Assembly (NCBI GenBank): GCA_026625185.1
Contig: CP113000.1
Span: 2,592,651-2,624,650 of the forward strand
Direction: 5' to 3'
Source of the DNA: Thermodesulfobacteriota bacterium
GTDB lineage: Bacteria; Desulfobacterota; WTBG01; JAGOGO01
Length of the DNA stretch: 32,000 nucleotides
Shown: piece after piece, positions 8,049-16,881 of the stretch
Position numbering within the stretch: position 1 is the first letter of the stretch
Layout of the letters: each line of letters opens with the position of its first letter
The notes under the pieces: generated by a model
Database searches by the model: none
Told to the model about the DNA's origin: nothing
Seen by the model: only the letters and a program-made list of their open reading frames with translations
Made by a program: the position numbers and the translations under genes

Positions 8049-9841
8049 TACTTTTCTTCTTCCTCCAGTTTTGCCAAGTCTTCAAACAGAATGTCCACTC
8101 CGAGAATACCAAAAATGTTTTCTTGAGCGTCACGGATGGGAGCGGATACGGTGATAATAAGCTTCCCGGTAATCATTGAGGAACGGATATCCGTGACATG
8201 GGTTTTCCCGTCCTTCAGCGGTCCGATAAACCAATCACGGTTGGAAAAATCCTCATGAAGGCCAAACTGGGCGTACTTAGCGCGATCAACAATCTGGGTG
8301 ATATTTTTCGTGATTTTTTTGCCCTCGATATTGGTGATATAGGCAAACTGAATAAAGGGATTTTCAGCCACCAACTCTTCCAACGCCGGCTCTTGCTGCG
8401 CGGGATCCATTGACCTGATCTGGGATAATCCAATCAGTTTCTCAATAAGATGGGCGGCCATATCATAGGCCCGAATTTTAAGTTTATCATATTCAGAAAT
8501 AAAGAGTTGGGGAAGATATTTACGGGCTGCCTCTTCCATTTCTTTTCGAGATATGGAGGTGATTCTTCCTTTTTCATATTGATGCATCACCCATTTATGA
8601 ATTTTTGCAACGCCGGGATGAAGCTTATCCACTTGTTGTTCTAAACCGCGTATTCGAAGCTCGGCATTAATCCAAAAGGTAATGCCGGCAACTCCAGATT
8701 TGTCCGTGATTTGCACCATTGGGGGACGGTTTAATATTTTTTCGGTATCGAATATGTTATATATCTTGCCATCTTTTAAGTGTCCGTCCACATGGATGCC
8801 CGCACTGGTAGAATTGAACTCAGAACCCACAAAAGGATAATTCGGAGGAATGTGCACCTCCAGCTCCTTTTCCACATACGTGGCGATCTCGCTGATAACG
8901 CGGGTATTGATCCCATCTTTATCCCCGCGAAGGGAAATATACTCCATGACCAGACCTTCAATCGGCGGATTCCCGGTTCGTTCGCCAAATCCAATTATGG
9001 ACCCATTAGCATAGTAACATCCATAAAGCCACGCTGTCGTAGCATTGATAAGCACCTTGTGGAAATCGTTATGCCCATGCCATTCAAGATATTTTCCGGG
9101 CACTCCCGCATCATCGATCAAAGCGCGCACGAGTTTGGGAACACTGCGGGGCAACGCTGCCTCTGGATAGGTAATACCATACCCGAGGGTATCACAGAGG
9201 CGCATCTTAACCGGGAGTTTGCTTTTTTCGTTGAGTTTCATCAATTCAATGGCAAAGGGAACGACAAAACCATAGATATCGGCACGCGTCACGTCTTCAA
9301 AGTGGCACCGGGGAATAATTCCCTGATCTAAAGCGGCGGTGGCAATTTCCAGGTATTTTTCCATGGCCTGTTTCCGGGAGAGTTTCAATTTTAAAAAGAT
9401 GTGGTAATCGGAAACTGATGTTAGCATCCCGGTCTCTTTCAATCCCATTTCTTTGACTAATTTAAGGTCTTCGATGTTAGCCCGGATCCATCCGGTGATT
9501 TCCGGATACGCAAAACCTTTTTCCAAACACTTGTGGACGGCTTCTTTATCCCGGTCGCTGTAAAGGAAAAACTCCGTTTGTCGGATGATTCCGTTTGGGC
9601 CTCCTAAACGGTGAAGAAGCTCGAAAAGGTCGACGATATGTTTTACCTGAAAAGGAGGTCGTGCCTGCTGCCCATCGCGAAAGGTGGTATCCGTGATAAA
9701 CATCCTTTTTGCCGGCTGAAGGGGAATGATTTTGTTGTCAAACTCCGTCCGGCAGACTTCGTCAGGGGGGAAAATCTCTTCGTAAAGATTAGGTTCAACT
9801 ACATCCACTAAAGGATACCTCTGATATTTTTTTGCGGACAT
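8048..9841 (-). CDS. HMGL-like (DRE-TIM) Claisen-condensing synthase of the homocitrate/isopropylmalate/Re-citrate synthase family, with a C-terminal Cache/PAS-like domain
   Basis: ORF track, 597 aa, ATG with a strong AAGGAGGG SD. Catalytic-barrel motifs are FITDTTFRDGQQ, EWHGHNDF and GFGERTGNPPIE. The long N-terminal lead-in and HGHNDFHK resemble Re-citrate synthase-type members. Residues ~455-590 (nt 8072-8479) show a Cache-like pattern: DFSNRDWF..GKTHVTDIRSSMITGKLIITVSAPIRD..IFGILGVDI. Confidence 0.8.
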   Translation of the reverse strand: MSAKKYQRYPLVDVVEPNLYEEIFPPDEVCRTEFDNKIIPLQPAKRMFITDTTFRDGQQARPPFQVKHIVDLFELLHRLGGPNGIIRQTEFFLYSDRDKEAVHKCLEKGFAYPEITGWIRANIEDLKLVKEMGLKETGMLTSVSDYHIFLKLKLSRKQAMEKYLEIATAALDQGIIPRCHFEDVTRADIYGFVVPFAIELMKLNEKSKLPVKMRLCDTLGYGITYPEAALPRSVPKLVRALIDDAGVPGKYLEWHGHNDFHKVLINATTAWLYGCYYANGSIIGFGERTGNPPIEGLVMEYISLRGDKDGINTRVISEIATYVEKELEVHIPPNYPFVGSEFNSTSAGIHVDGHLKDGKIYNIFDTEKILNRPPMVQITDKSGVAGITFWINAELRIRGLEQQVDKLHPGVAKIHKWVMHQYEKGRITSISRKEMEEAARKYLPQLFISEYDKLKIRAYDMAAHLIEKLIGLSQIRSMDPAQQEPALEELVAENPFIQFAYITNIEGKKITKNITQIVDRAKYAQFGLHEDFSNRDWFIGPLKDGKTHVTDIRSSMITGKLIITVSAPIRDAQENIFGILGVDILFEDLAKLEEEEK

Positions 9842-9852
9842 AATGTCCCTCC

Positions 9853-11646
9853 TTAAATGGTTTTTTTCTTGATCTCTAATTTAAGCCCCAGTTCCTGGAG
9901 TTGAATTTTGGTTACCTCCGAAGGCGCCCCAGTTAAAAGACAGGTAGCCTTTTGAGTCTTGGGAAAAGCAATTACATCCCGAATTGACTCTGCGCCAACC
10001 AACAACATCACCAGGCGATCAAGGCCTAAAGCGATACCACCATGCGGTGGCGCGCCATAGGTAAGGGCTTCCAGAAGAAATCCGAATTTTTTTACCGCGT
10101 CTTCCGGGCTGATTCCCAATGCGTCAAACATCTGGGCTTGGACATCCCGGCGGTGGATCCGGATGCTTCCCCCGCCGATTTCAATTCCGTTCAACACGAG
10201 GTCATAGGCGCGGGCGCGAACCGAACCCGGGTTGGTTTTTATTTTGTCAATATCCTCCTCCACGGGTGAGGTGAAGGGGTGGTGAAGTGCCTCAAACCGT
10301 TTTTCTTCCTCATTATATTCTAACAGAGGAAACGATGTAATCCAAAGGAAAGCATATTTGGATTTATCAATGAGATTAAGTTGCTCTCCTAAATGCAACC
10401 GGAGATGTCCCAAAGCCGGTCCAATTATTTTTTGATTATCCGCCACAAAACAGAGGAGATCTCCGAGCTGGGGTTTGAAGACTTCCATGATTTTTGCCCG
10501 CTCGTTGTCAGTGAAAAACTTTGCGATCGGTGAATCCCAGCCTTCCGGGGTTATTTTTATCCACGCAAGCCCTTTTGCTCCGTAGACTTTGACGATCTCA
10601 GTCAGATCATCAAGTTGTTTGCGCGAAAAATTTCCGCACTGGGGCGCGTTTAAACCGCCTACTTTTCCTCCACCGGCAATCGCCTTGGAGAACACCTGAA
10701 AATGAGAGTCTTTTACTATTTCGGTAATATCATGGCACGTCATGCCAAAACGGATATCGGGTTTATCAACCCCGTATTTTCCTATTGCCTCATCATAACT
10801 AAGATGGGGGAAGGGGAGGGTGAGCGTTATTCCTAAAATCTCCGAAAAAACCCGGGCAACCATCCCTTCAATAATTTGGAAAACATCTTCTTCATGGATA
10901 AAGGACATCTCCAGATCAATTTGGGTAAACTCCGGCTGCCGGTCAGCGCGCAAGTCTTCATCCCGAAAACACCGAACAATTTGATAATAGCGATCATACC
11001 CGGATACCATCAAGAGTTGTTTAAACAACTGGGGTGATTGGGGTAAAGCGTAGAACAACCCTTGGTTTACCCGGCTCGGAACAATATAGTCCCGCGCTCC
11101 CTCAGGGGTGCTTTTGGTTAAAAAAGGAGTTTCGATTTCATTAAACCCGAAAGCATAAAGATAATCCCGGATAATCTTTACCACCCGGCCGCGGAGAATA
11201 AGATTATGCTGGAGACTCGGCCGCCTCAGATCCAGGTATCGGTAGCGGAACCGGACATTCTCGCCGATGTCCGTAAAAGGAGCAGTTAGATCAAAAGGTG
11301 GTGTCTCCGAGGTATTTAAGACCCGAAGCTCGTGAGCTAAGATTTCGATTTCTCCGGTTGCAAGTTCAGGGTTGATGGTGCCTTCCGGACGCTTACTCAC
11401 CACCCCCCGAACAGCCACCACATATTCATTTCTGATTTTTTCGGCTTTGTAAAAAGGCTCTGGATTCGTCTCCGGGTTGATGACCAACTGTACGACCCCT
11501 TTAGCGTCACGAAGGTCAATAAAGATCAGACCGCCGTGATCACGACGCCGGTTAACCCAGCCCATGACCACAACCTCCTGATTAACATCCGAAGCCCGGA
11601 TTTCGCCGCAATAATTAGTTCTTTTAAGAGTTCCTAAAAAGTCCAT
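9853..11646 (-). CDS. aspS: Aspartate--tRNA ligase (bacterial type)
   Basis: ORF track, 597 aa. It starts with an OB-fold N terminus ([23 protein letters not shown]). Class II motifs follow ([18 protein letters not shown]; GGGSIRIH; [12 protein letters not shown]), with the bacterial GAD insertion between motifs 2 and 3. Confidence 0.97.
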   Translation of the reverse strand: MDFLGTLKRTNYCGEIRASDVNQEVVVMGWVNRRRDHGGLIFIDLRDAKGVVQLVINPETNPEPFYKAEKIRNEYVVAVRGVVSKRPEGTINPELATGEIEILAHELRVLNTSETPPFDLTAPFTDIGENVRFRYRYLDLRRPSLQHNLILRGRVVKIIRDYLYAFGFNEIETPFLTKSTPEGARDYIVPSRVNQGLFYALPQSPQLFKQLLMVSGYDRYYQIVRCFRDEDLRADRQPEFTQIDLEMSFIHEEDVFQIIEGMVARVFSEILGITLTLPFPHLSYDEAIGKYGVDKPDIRFGMTCHDITEIVKDSHFQVFSKAIAGGGKVGGLNAPQCGNFSRKQLDDLTEIVKVYGAKGLAWIKITPEGWDSPIAKFFTDNERAKIMEVFKPQLGDLLCFVADNQKIIGPALGHLRLHLGEQLNLIDKSKYAFLWITSFPLLEYNEEEKRFEALHHPFTSPVEEDIDKIKTNPGSVRARAYDLVLNGIEIGGGSIRIHRRDVQAQMFDALGISPEDAVKKFGFLLEALTYGAPPHGGIALGLDRLVMLLVGAESIRDVIAFPKTQKATCLLTGAPSEVTKIQLQELGLKLEIKKKTI

Positions 11647-12000
11647 GGTAAAAGCAAATAAATAAAATTTATAAGTATTCTCTTGTGGTTTTTTAGATTA
11701 CCGCGTGGATTAATCCGGGGAAAGGATTAAAGCAGAAATTGCTATCCAACGCAAGAGTTTATTTAATGAAAAGCCTCAGCTTTTACCATTGCCGAATGAG
11801 CAAAAAATCAGTTAGCCCGATTGGCTCGTGCTCTGCTAAGATGGAAATAACCGGTTAACCAGGGGAGATAAAGTCATTTTTTATCATTTTACTCCAAAAG
11901 ACAAAAAAATACGAAACAAGTTTTAAAGAATTTTGTTATTGCCATAAAAAAATTAAACTAATAACAAAAATTTTTTGCCATTAACATTAATTTGAAATGA

Positions 12001-12157
12001 AGAATTTGTTTGGGTTGGTTAAAAAATATTATTATCGAGATCTTTTACAATCGAGAAAGAAAACATTTGAGGTTGAGATACCTCGCACCTGTCGAATATG
12101 AAAAACAACGTTTAAAAAGTTGCGCTTGACCGTGTCAACTTTTTTGTTGCAAATTAA
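12001..12157 (+). mobile_element. Relic right end of an IS3-family element (transposase C-terminal fragment plus terminal sequence)
   Basis: Own translation of 12001-12129 gives RICLGWLKNIIIEIFYNRERKHLRLRYLAPVEYEKQRLKSCA*. The segment IEIFYNRERKH..YLAPVEYE matches the conserved C-terminal end of IS3-family rve integrases (YIExFYNRxRxHSxLGYLSPxEFE). The following TGACCGTGTCAACTTTTTTGTTGCA looks like an IS3-type TG...CA terminus. No upstream transposase body remains. Confidence 0.65.
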
Positions 12158-12292
12158 GAGTATATAATCAAATACAACACCGAAAGGACCTACCAGGGGA
12201 AACGTTGCCAAGGAAGAACCCCTGGGGAGACCTTTATAGAAGGTAAGAAGCTTTGTATTGAAAAGAATCTCGGTGAGAAATTTTTGGCATAA
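12158..12292 (+). pseudogene. C-terminal fragment of a second, different rve-domain (integrase-core) transposase
   Basis: Own translation gives EYIIKYNTERTYQGKRCQGRTPGETFIEGKKLCIEKNLGEKFLA*. YNTER(T/P)HQGKxCxGRTPxxTF is a recurrent C-terminal signature of integrase-core IS transposases. The fragment begins exactly where the IS3-like relic ends, and no N-terminal part is present. Confidence 0.55.
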
Positions 12293-12550
12293 CTGTCATT
12301 GACAGCCCAAGGGATTGGCCACTGTCAAATTAAGTCCTGTTCAGGACATATTATGGCCGCCCCAAATTAATTAATTCACTATTTCACAATACTATATTAT
12401 CATCTGAGTAAATTTAACTGCGAGATAAAACCGAATTATTTTAGGTTACAGTTTGTCTTTTCGCCAAAAGCAACAACACCATGCTCCGATAAAAGAATGG
12501 CTTTGTTTACTTCAGCCACTTTTTCATAGCCTGACTATCACGATACCATT

Positions 12551-13603
12551 TTACACTTTTCCTTGGCTGATCTTAACCATAAGATCATCAATTGACGACG
12601 GAGGAACAGTCGTCTGTTTTCTCCTGGCCATAGTAATAGCCTCAACAGGACAATTGGATGCGCAAACACCACAACCGATACAAAGCTTTTTATCCAAAAC
12701 AGCAACCGAATCGCCAAGTTCGATCGCCTTAACTTGACAAAATTCCACACATGCGCCACAGCCTGTACATTCATCCTCTGAAATTTTAGCAATAAAATTC
12801 GATTTGGCTGTCTCAATAGGAAGGTGAAGCTGGGTAAAACCTCGAAGCAACATACAGCAGCATCCGCAACAGTTACAGATAAACAATGGACCTTGCTGGA
12901 CATTCATAGTGGAATGAACAAGGCCGGCTTCTTCTGCTCTCTTTAAAGCCTTTTTCCCTTCTTCCTTTGTAACTTTACGCCCCATGCCATTTTCTGCAAA
13001 GTAATCAGCCCAGGAATCAAAAAACATACAAATATCATCTATCGGTTTGTCACACCCTTCCCCCATCATCTTTTTATTGTCTCTGCAAATGCATGTAGCT
13101 AGCACCATCGAATCGGCCTTATTGATTATATTGTCAACCTCTTCATAGGTTAAAATATTAAGCTCCGTAGGAATACTCTTATTTATAGGAACTATGCGGA
13201 AAAAAGGAGTTTTGTTAGTGTATATCGCTTTACCAAGTTTTTCCGTATAATACCTATCCCAAAGCTTAGCCTTGTGAGGGTTAAACTTGCCAAGCTGGAA
13301 TTCAAAGATCCCCGGCATCATCGGAACTAGAGAATAGAGCGGTTCGTCTTTATAAACCTTAAAGATTGCCCCTTTCTTAACCAACTTTTCCAAAATGGTT
13401 TTGAGTTTTTTAGTTTCCATTCCAGACCTTTTAGATATGGTTTCGGAATCTTCAGGCTGGCCAGAAAGCAGACATACAATCTCGGCTTCATCCGGAGCTA
13501 GAATGCTTTTAAGAAATTCAATCTCAACCTTGCTTTCTGTTGCTGGACTGGTAATAGGAATGCTTTGGTCCATTTTTTTTCTTAGTTTCTCGTAAACATC
13601 CAT
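12551..13603 (-). CDS. Cys-rich Fe-S protein: N-terminal wHTH-like region, CNCCGCCC motif, C-terminal 2x[4Fe-4S] ferredoxin domain; function unknown
   Basis: ORF track, 350 aa, ATG with a GAAGGGA SD. It carries two ferredoxin CxxCxxCxxxCP motifs (CTGCGACVEFCQ; CIGCGVCASNCP). It also has additional Cys clusters (ATCICRDNKKMMGEGCDKPIDDIC; FICNCCGCCCML). Confidence 0.75.
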   Translation of the reverse strand: MDVYEKLRKKMDQSIPITSPATESKVEIEFLKSILAPDEAEIVCLLSGQPEDSETISKRSGMETKKLKTILEKLVKKGAIFKVYKDEPLYSLVPMMPGIFEFQLGKFNPHKAKLWDRYYTEKLGKAIYTNKTPFFRIVPINKSIPTELNILTYEEVDNIINKADSMVLATCICRDNKKMMGEGCDKPIDDICMFFDSWADYFAENGMGRKVTKEEGKKALKRAEEAGLVHSTMNVQQGPLFICNCCGCCCMLLRGFTQLHLPIETAKSNFIAKISEDECTGCGACVEFCQVKAIELGDSVAVLDKKLCIGCGVCASNCPVEAITMARRKQTTVPPSSIDDLMVKISQGKV

Positions 13604-13862
13604 ATTATCCCTTCTTTTTTATAACCGCTTAATTTTTGTTGACAATGTTTTTCCGGGTTTTGTGTTCTTTATTATTTTTCCTGTTCGATCTAAGTTTGCC
13701 AAGCTGGTTTATCAAATAACTGGTTTCTCTGCTTCATTTGGCGCTAATAACTTGTTTTTATATTATTTTAACTTAAGATAAAGCTGAATGAATGTCAATT
13801 AAAAACTTCAAGATGTCAGAGACAAATAAACTTTACGGAATTGTGGCACATAATCTGTCCAA

Positions 13863-15429
13863 TTAATACCTGAATCTTGCACGCATTAATTATTTTTGTA
13901 ATCAAGAAAAAAGATTTATCTCATTTTTGTACCTTAATCTTTCAAGGGTGATACCATGCAATAAATTTCTTGCATGGAATCGGTTAAAATATTCATGCGT
14001 TGCACTCCTGACATTTTTCAAATCGTAACCGATCCAAGAATTAATAAAGCTTCAGCAAAGCAGGTGTCCTGGTATCATGAATCGAGTATTTCACCTTATC
14101 GCGATTACCTGACCAGACCAGTTTGGCGGCAATCAGCAGTAACTTCAACCGGGCAATGCGAATCTTGTTGTCTTTTACGCCTATAAACGTGCTTTCCTTA
14201 CCCTCCCACAGATGGGCCAGGATTTTAAAAAATACCTCCAGAGGTTATAGGGCAGCATGGCAATCTGAAAGAATGCATAGTTGTTCTTGAACTTCCCTGA
14301 GGGTATCGCATCCAACCCTTCCTGCTTGGCTTCGCCGATCAGATTTTCCGCATCCGCCCGCTTATCATAAATCTTAATAACCTCGTGCGCCTTACCGTTA
14401 AGATTTGTGCAAAATATCCGGTAAACAAACTGATTATCTTCAAACAGTTCGAGCTGTGTTTGTTTTTTATCCGATTTCTTGGGAATCCGCATGGCAACAA
14501 ACCGGCATGCCTGTTCCCAGCCGAATGGTTTGTACAGGCAACTGTTAAATTCAATTCCTTCCTGCATCAGGAGTGGGTACCATGCGGCCGGATCAAATGA
14601 CGGTTCACATTGCTTATTGGCAAAAATAAAATCATAGCCTTCATCCAGGGCGGCTTCAACGCTGGCCCAACTCATAAATTCCCCGTCCCCTCTCAGAAGT
14701 ACTTTTTGAACACAAGAAGGTAAACGATCCTTGAAGGTGTGAATCACTTTGGCTGTCTCCTCGCCGCTGACGGTTTCTCCTTTCCGCAGTTTCCCATACA
14801 GGTATTCTCTTGTCTGTTCAATAAAGCATAAAATCGGACGGTATCCTTTTTTTTCGCCGTGTTTCGGATTATGCCCAATCCGGCCTCACTGTTGCTTGCC
14901 GTATATGGTTTCCACCGTCGTATCGATATTAATGGCAATCCGCTTGTATTTAATTCCGCATCTGTTCCATGCCTGTTGCCTTAAACGGCTCATGATTCTC
15001 AAGAGGGAATGGGCCTGATTGATCCCCCCTGCTGTCCAGGTAACGCCGATAAACATAAGCATTACAATGCCCAAGATCATGGCATAATCGCCCAGCTTGG
15101 TCTCCCGCTGTGGCGCTACCTAGACTCTCTTAAGATGCCGCTTAAAATCAAAAATATCCAATAATTTAAGCAGACCCAAAAACCCCCCGAATGGATTCAA
15201 ATGCTCACTGCAGGTCGTTACTGCCGTCGAAGCATTGATTTTTATAGCTCTCCCAATGGTCTCATTGAATCCTTTACTGTCGTGACTTTTCCTGATATCC
15301 TTTCTTAGTCTTTTTACAATCTGGGTTCTTCCTGTTGTTTTCGGGTTATTCCCTTATCCCTTTATATAACAGGAGGCCCGGATGGTTTATTTGGTCTTTT
15401 TATAAATATACGCAAGATTCAGGTATTAA
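13863..15429 (-). mobile_element. Decayed IS1380-family-like insertion sequence (~1.57 kb) with 18-bp terminal inverted repeats
   Basis: TTAATACCTGAATCTTGC at 13863-13880 is the perfect reverse complement of GCAAGATTCAGGTATTAA at 15412-15429. The interior encodes a DDE transposase reading frame on the minus strand. I could not identify target-site duplications. Confidence 0.75.
14041..15358 (-). pseudogene. IS1380-like DDE transposase pseudogene (two in-frame stops, one frameshift, no start codon)
   Basis: One frame reads ..TCSEHLNPFGGFLGLLKLLD..KRV*VAPQ..INIDTTVETIYGKQQ*GRIGHNPKHGEKKGYRPILCFIEQTREYLYGKLRKG.. The in-frame stops are TAG at 15120-15122 and TGA at 14886-14888. The frame continues through track ORF 14181..14747, which contains the YREK motif YDKRADAENLIGEAK. 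The C terminus (..IRIARLKLLLIAAKLVWSGNRDKVKYSIHDTRTPALLKLY*) is reached only after a frameshift near 14215-14230. There is no ATG at the 5' end of the frame. Confidence 0.75.
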
Positions 15430-15526
15430 GTTTTGACATAATAGCTAGCCTTAGATAAAAAAGAAGTAAAAATAAAATTTTCAGAAACAAAGAATAACAA
15501 GGTTATTAATTTTTAATGGTGATGCT

Positions 15527-16849
15527 ATGAATAAAATTACTCTTCAGATATTAAAGGGCACAAGAGATTTTCTACCCTTACAATATATTCTTAGAAAACG
15601 GGTGATTGAGATTATCGCCCGGACCTTTGAAGGTTTCGGGTTTGAACCCATGGAAACTCCCTCCATGGAATACGCGGAAACTCTTGAAGGCAAATACGGC
15701 GAAGAAGGCGATCGCCTGATTTATAAATTTGAAGACCGGGGGGGTAGAAAAGTCGCTCTGCGCTATGACCTCACGGTTCCCTTGGCGCGGACCATGGCCA
15801 TGTATCATGTAGAAAAGCCATTTCGTCGGTATCAGATTGCGCCGGTTTGGCGGGCGGATAAGCCCCAGAAGGGTCGCTTCCGGGAGTTCTGGCAGTGCGA
15901 CGCTGATATTGTGGGAAGCAAAGAGGTATGGGCGGACGCTGAGGTGATTGCGGTAGGGTACTATGCTTTTAAAAACCTCGGGTTTAACGATTTTACCATC
16001 CGGATCAATGACCGAAAGCTTCTCAATGGCATAGCTCTTTATGGAGGAGTTACCGAAAAAGAGATGGCGGGTTTTTTTCGGATTATTGACAAAGCGGACA
16101 AAGTCGGCTGGGACGAGGTAAAGAAGGAGTTGGCGGATAAAAACTTTTCTGCAGAATCGATTGAAAAAACCATTGCTCTTATGGTTGATGAAACGCAGGG
16201 AAATCGCGCTATTCAAAGGCTGAAAACCACCTTGAAAGGAATTTCAAGCGCTCAGGAAGGCATTGCGGAAATCGAAGAGATCCAGAGGTGCTTGGCAAAC
16301 CTTGGTGTTGACAAGCGCAATATCCTATTTGACGGTTCCTTGGCACGTGGTTTGGATTATTACACCGGGCCTATTTTTGAAACTATTATTGAAAAGCCTC
16401 GGATCGGAAGTATCAGCGGGGGAGGAAGATTTGATTCGCTGATCGGGATGTTCAGTGGAAATGATGTTCCGGCTACCGGCACGTCATTAGGATTGGAACG
16501 GATCATCACGGTGATGGAAGAGCTTGCCATGCTTCCGATGACTCCCACCGTATCCCAGGTTCTGGTTACCGTCTTTGCCCGCGATTTATTCGGCGAGTCG
16601 CTCTCGGTTGCTTCCGAGCTTCGCTCCGCCGGAATATGCGCTGAAGTCTACGTGAATGATGATAAATTAAAAAAGCAGCTTGACTATGCCAACAAAAAGT
16701 CGATCCCTCTGGTCATAATTATCGGGCCGGATGAAAAGGAAAAGGGAGAAGTGGTCTTAAAAGATATGGAGCAAAAAATCCAGGCAATGGTTCCCCGGCA
16801 AGAGCTGGTCAATAAGATAAAACCAATGGTGGTGGCATCATCCCGGTAG
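15527..16849 (+). CDS. hisS: Histidine--tRNA ligase
   Basis: ORF track, 440 aa. It shows GTRDFLP, class II motifs (FRRYQIAPVWRADKPQKGRFREFWQCD; GGGRFDSL) and a C-terminal anticodon-binding domain (SIPLVIIIGPDEKEKGEVVLKDM). That domain makes it HisRS rather than HisZ. Confidence 0.95.
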   Translation: MNKITLQILKGTRDFLPLQYILRKRVIEIIARTFEGFGFEPMETPSMEYAETLEGKYGEEGDRLIYKFEDRGGRKVALRYDLTVPLARTMAMYHVEKPFRRYQIAPVWRADKPQKGRFREFWQCDADIVGSKEVWADAEVIAVGYYAFKNLGFNDFTIRINDRKLLNGIALYGGVTEKEMAGFFRIIDKADKVGWDEVKKELADKNFSAESIEKTIALMVDETQGNRAIQRLKTTLKGISSAQEGIAEIEEIQRCLANLGVDKRNILFDGSLARGLDYYTGPIFETIIEKPRIGSISGGGRFDSLIGMFSGNDVPATGTSLGLERIITVMEELAMLPMTPTVSQVLVTVFARDLFGESLSVASELRSAGICAEVYVNDDKLKKQLDYANKKSIPLVIIIGPDEKEKGEVVLKDMEQKIQAMVPRQELVNKIKPMVVASSR

Positions 16850-16881
16850 GCTGTTTAAAAAGTCTTTGTGAGTCTACTTAA

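Noticed and set aside
11647-12000. The long AT-rich aspS upstream region considered as a possible T-box, riboswitch or tRNA/ncRNA locus.
   Set aside because: I could not find a cloverleaf, a T-box specifier/antiterminator arrangement or any conserved riboswitch core by eye. Only short palindromes (GGATTAATCC, AACCGGTT) and A/T runs are present. An Infernal/tRNAscan run would be needed to exclude small RNAs.
13844-13860. TGGCAC-ATAAT-CTGTCC, a possible sigma-54 promoter on the plus strand just outside the IS left end.
   Set aside because: The -12 element is TGTC rather than TTGC, so GC is not at the required position. It also points into the inverted repeat of a dead IS, so it has no plausible target gene.
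14886-15122. In-frame TGA and TAG in the IS1380-like transposase as possible selenocysteine/pyrrolysine or stop-codon reassignment signals.
   Set aside because: The genes I checked in the window terminate normally at TAA, TAG or TGA. The same transposase also has a frameshift and no start codon, and I see no SECIS-like hairpin immediately downstream of the TGA. Decay is the simpler explanation.
15578-16216. A 212-aa ORF antisense to hisS. Similar long shadow ORFs occur at 8780-9331, 1817-2218 and 18112-18510, with an alternative-frame ORF at 30127-30750.
   Set aside because: All lie entirely inside well-supported genes whose own frames show strong family motifs. Their products are low-complexity or Arg/Ser/Pro/Phe-rich with no recognisable motifs and no SD sequences. 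They are typical frame-shadow ORFs.
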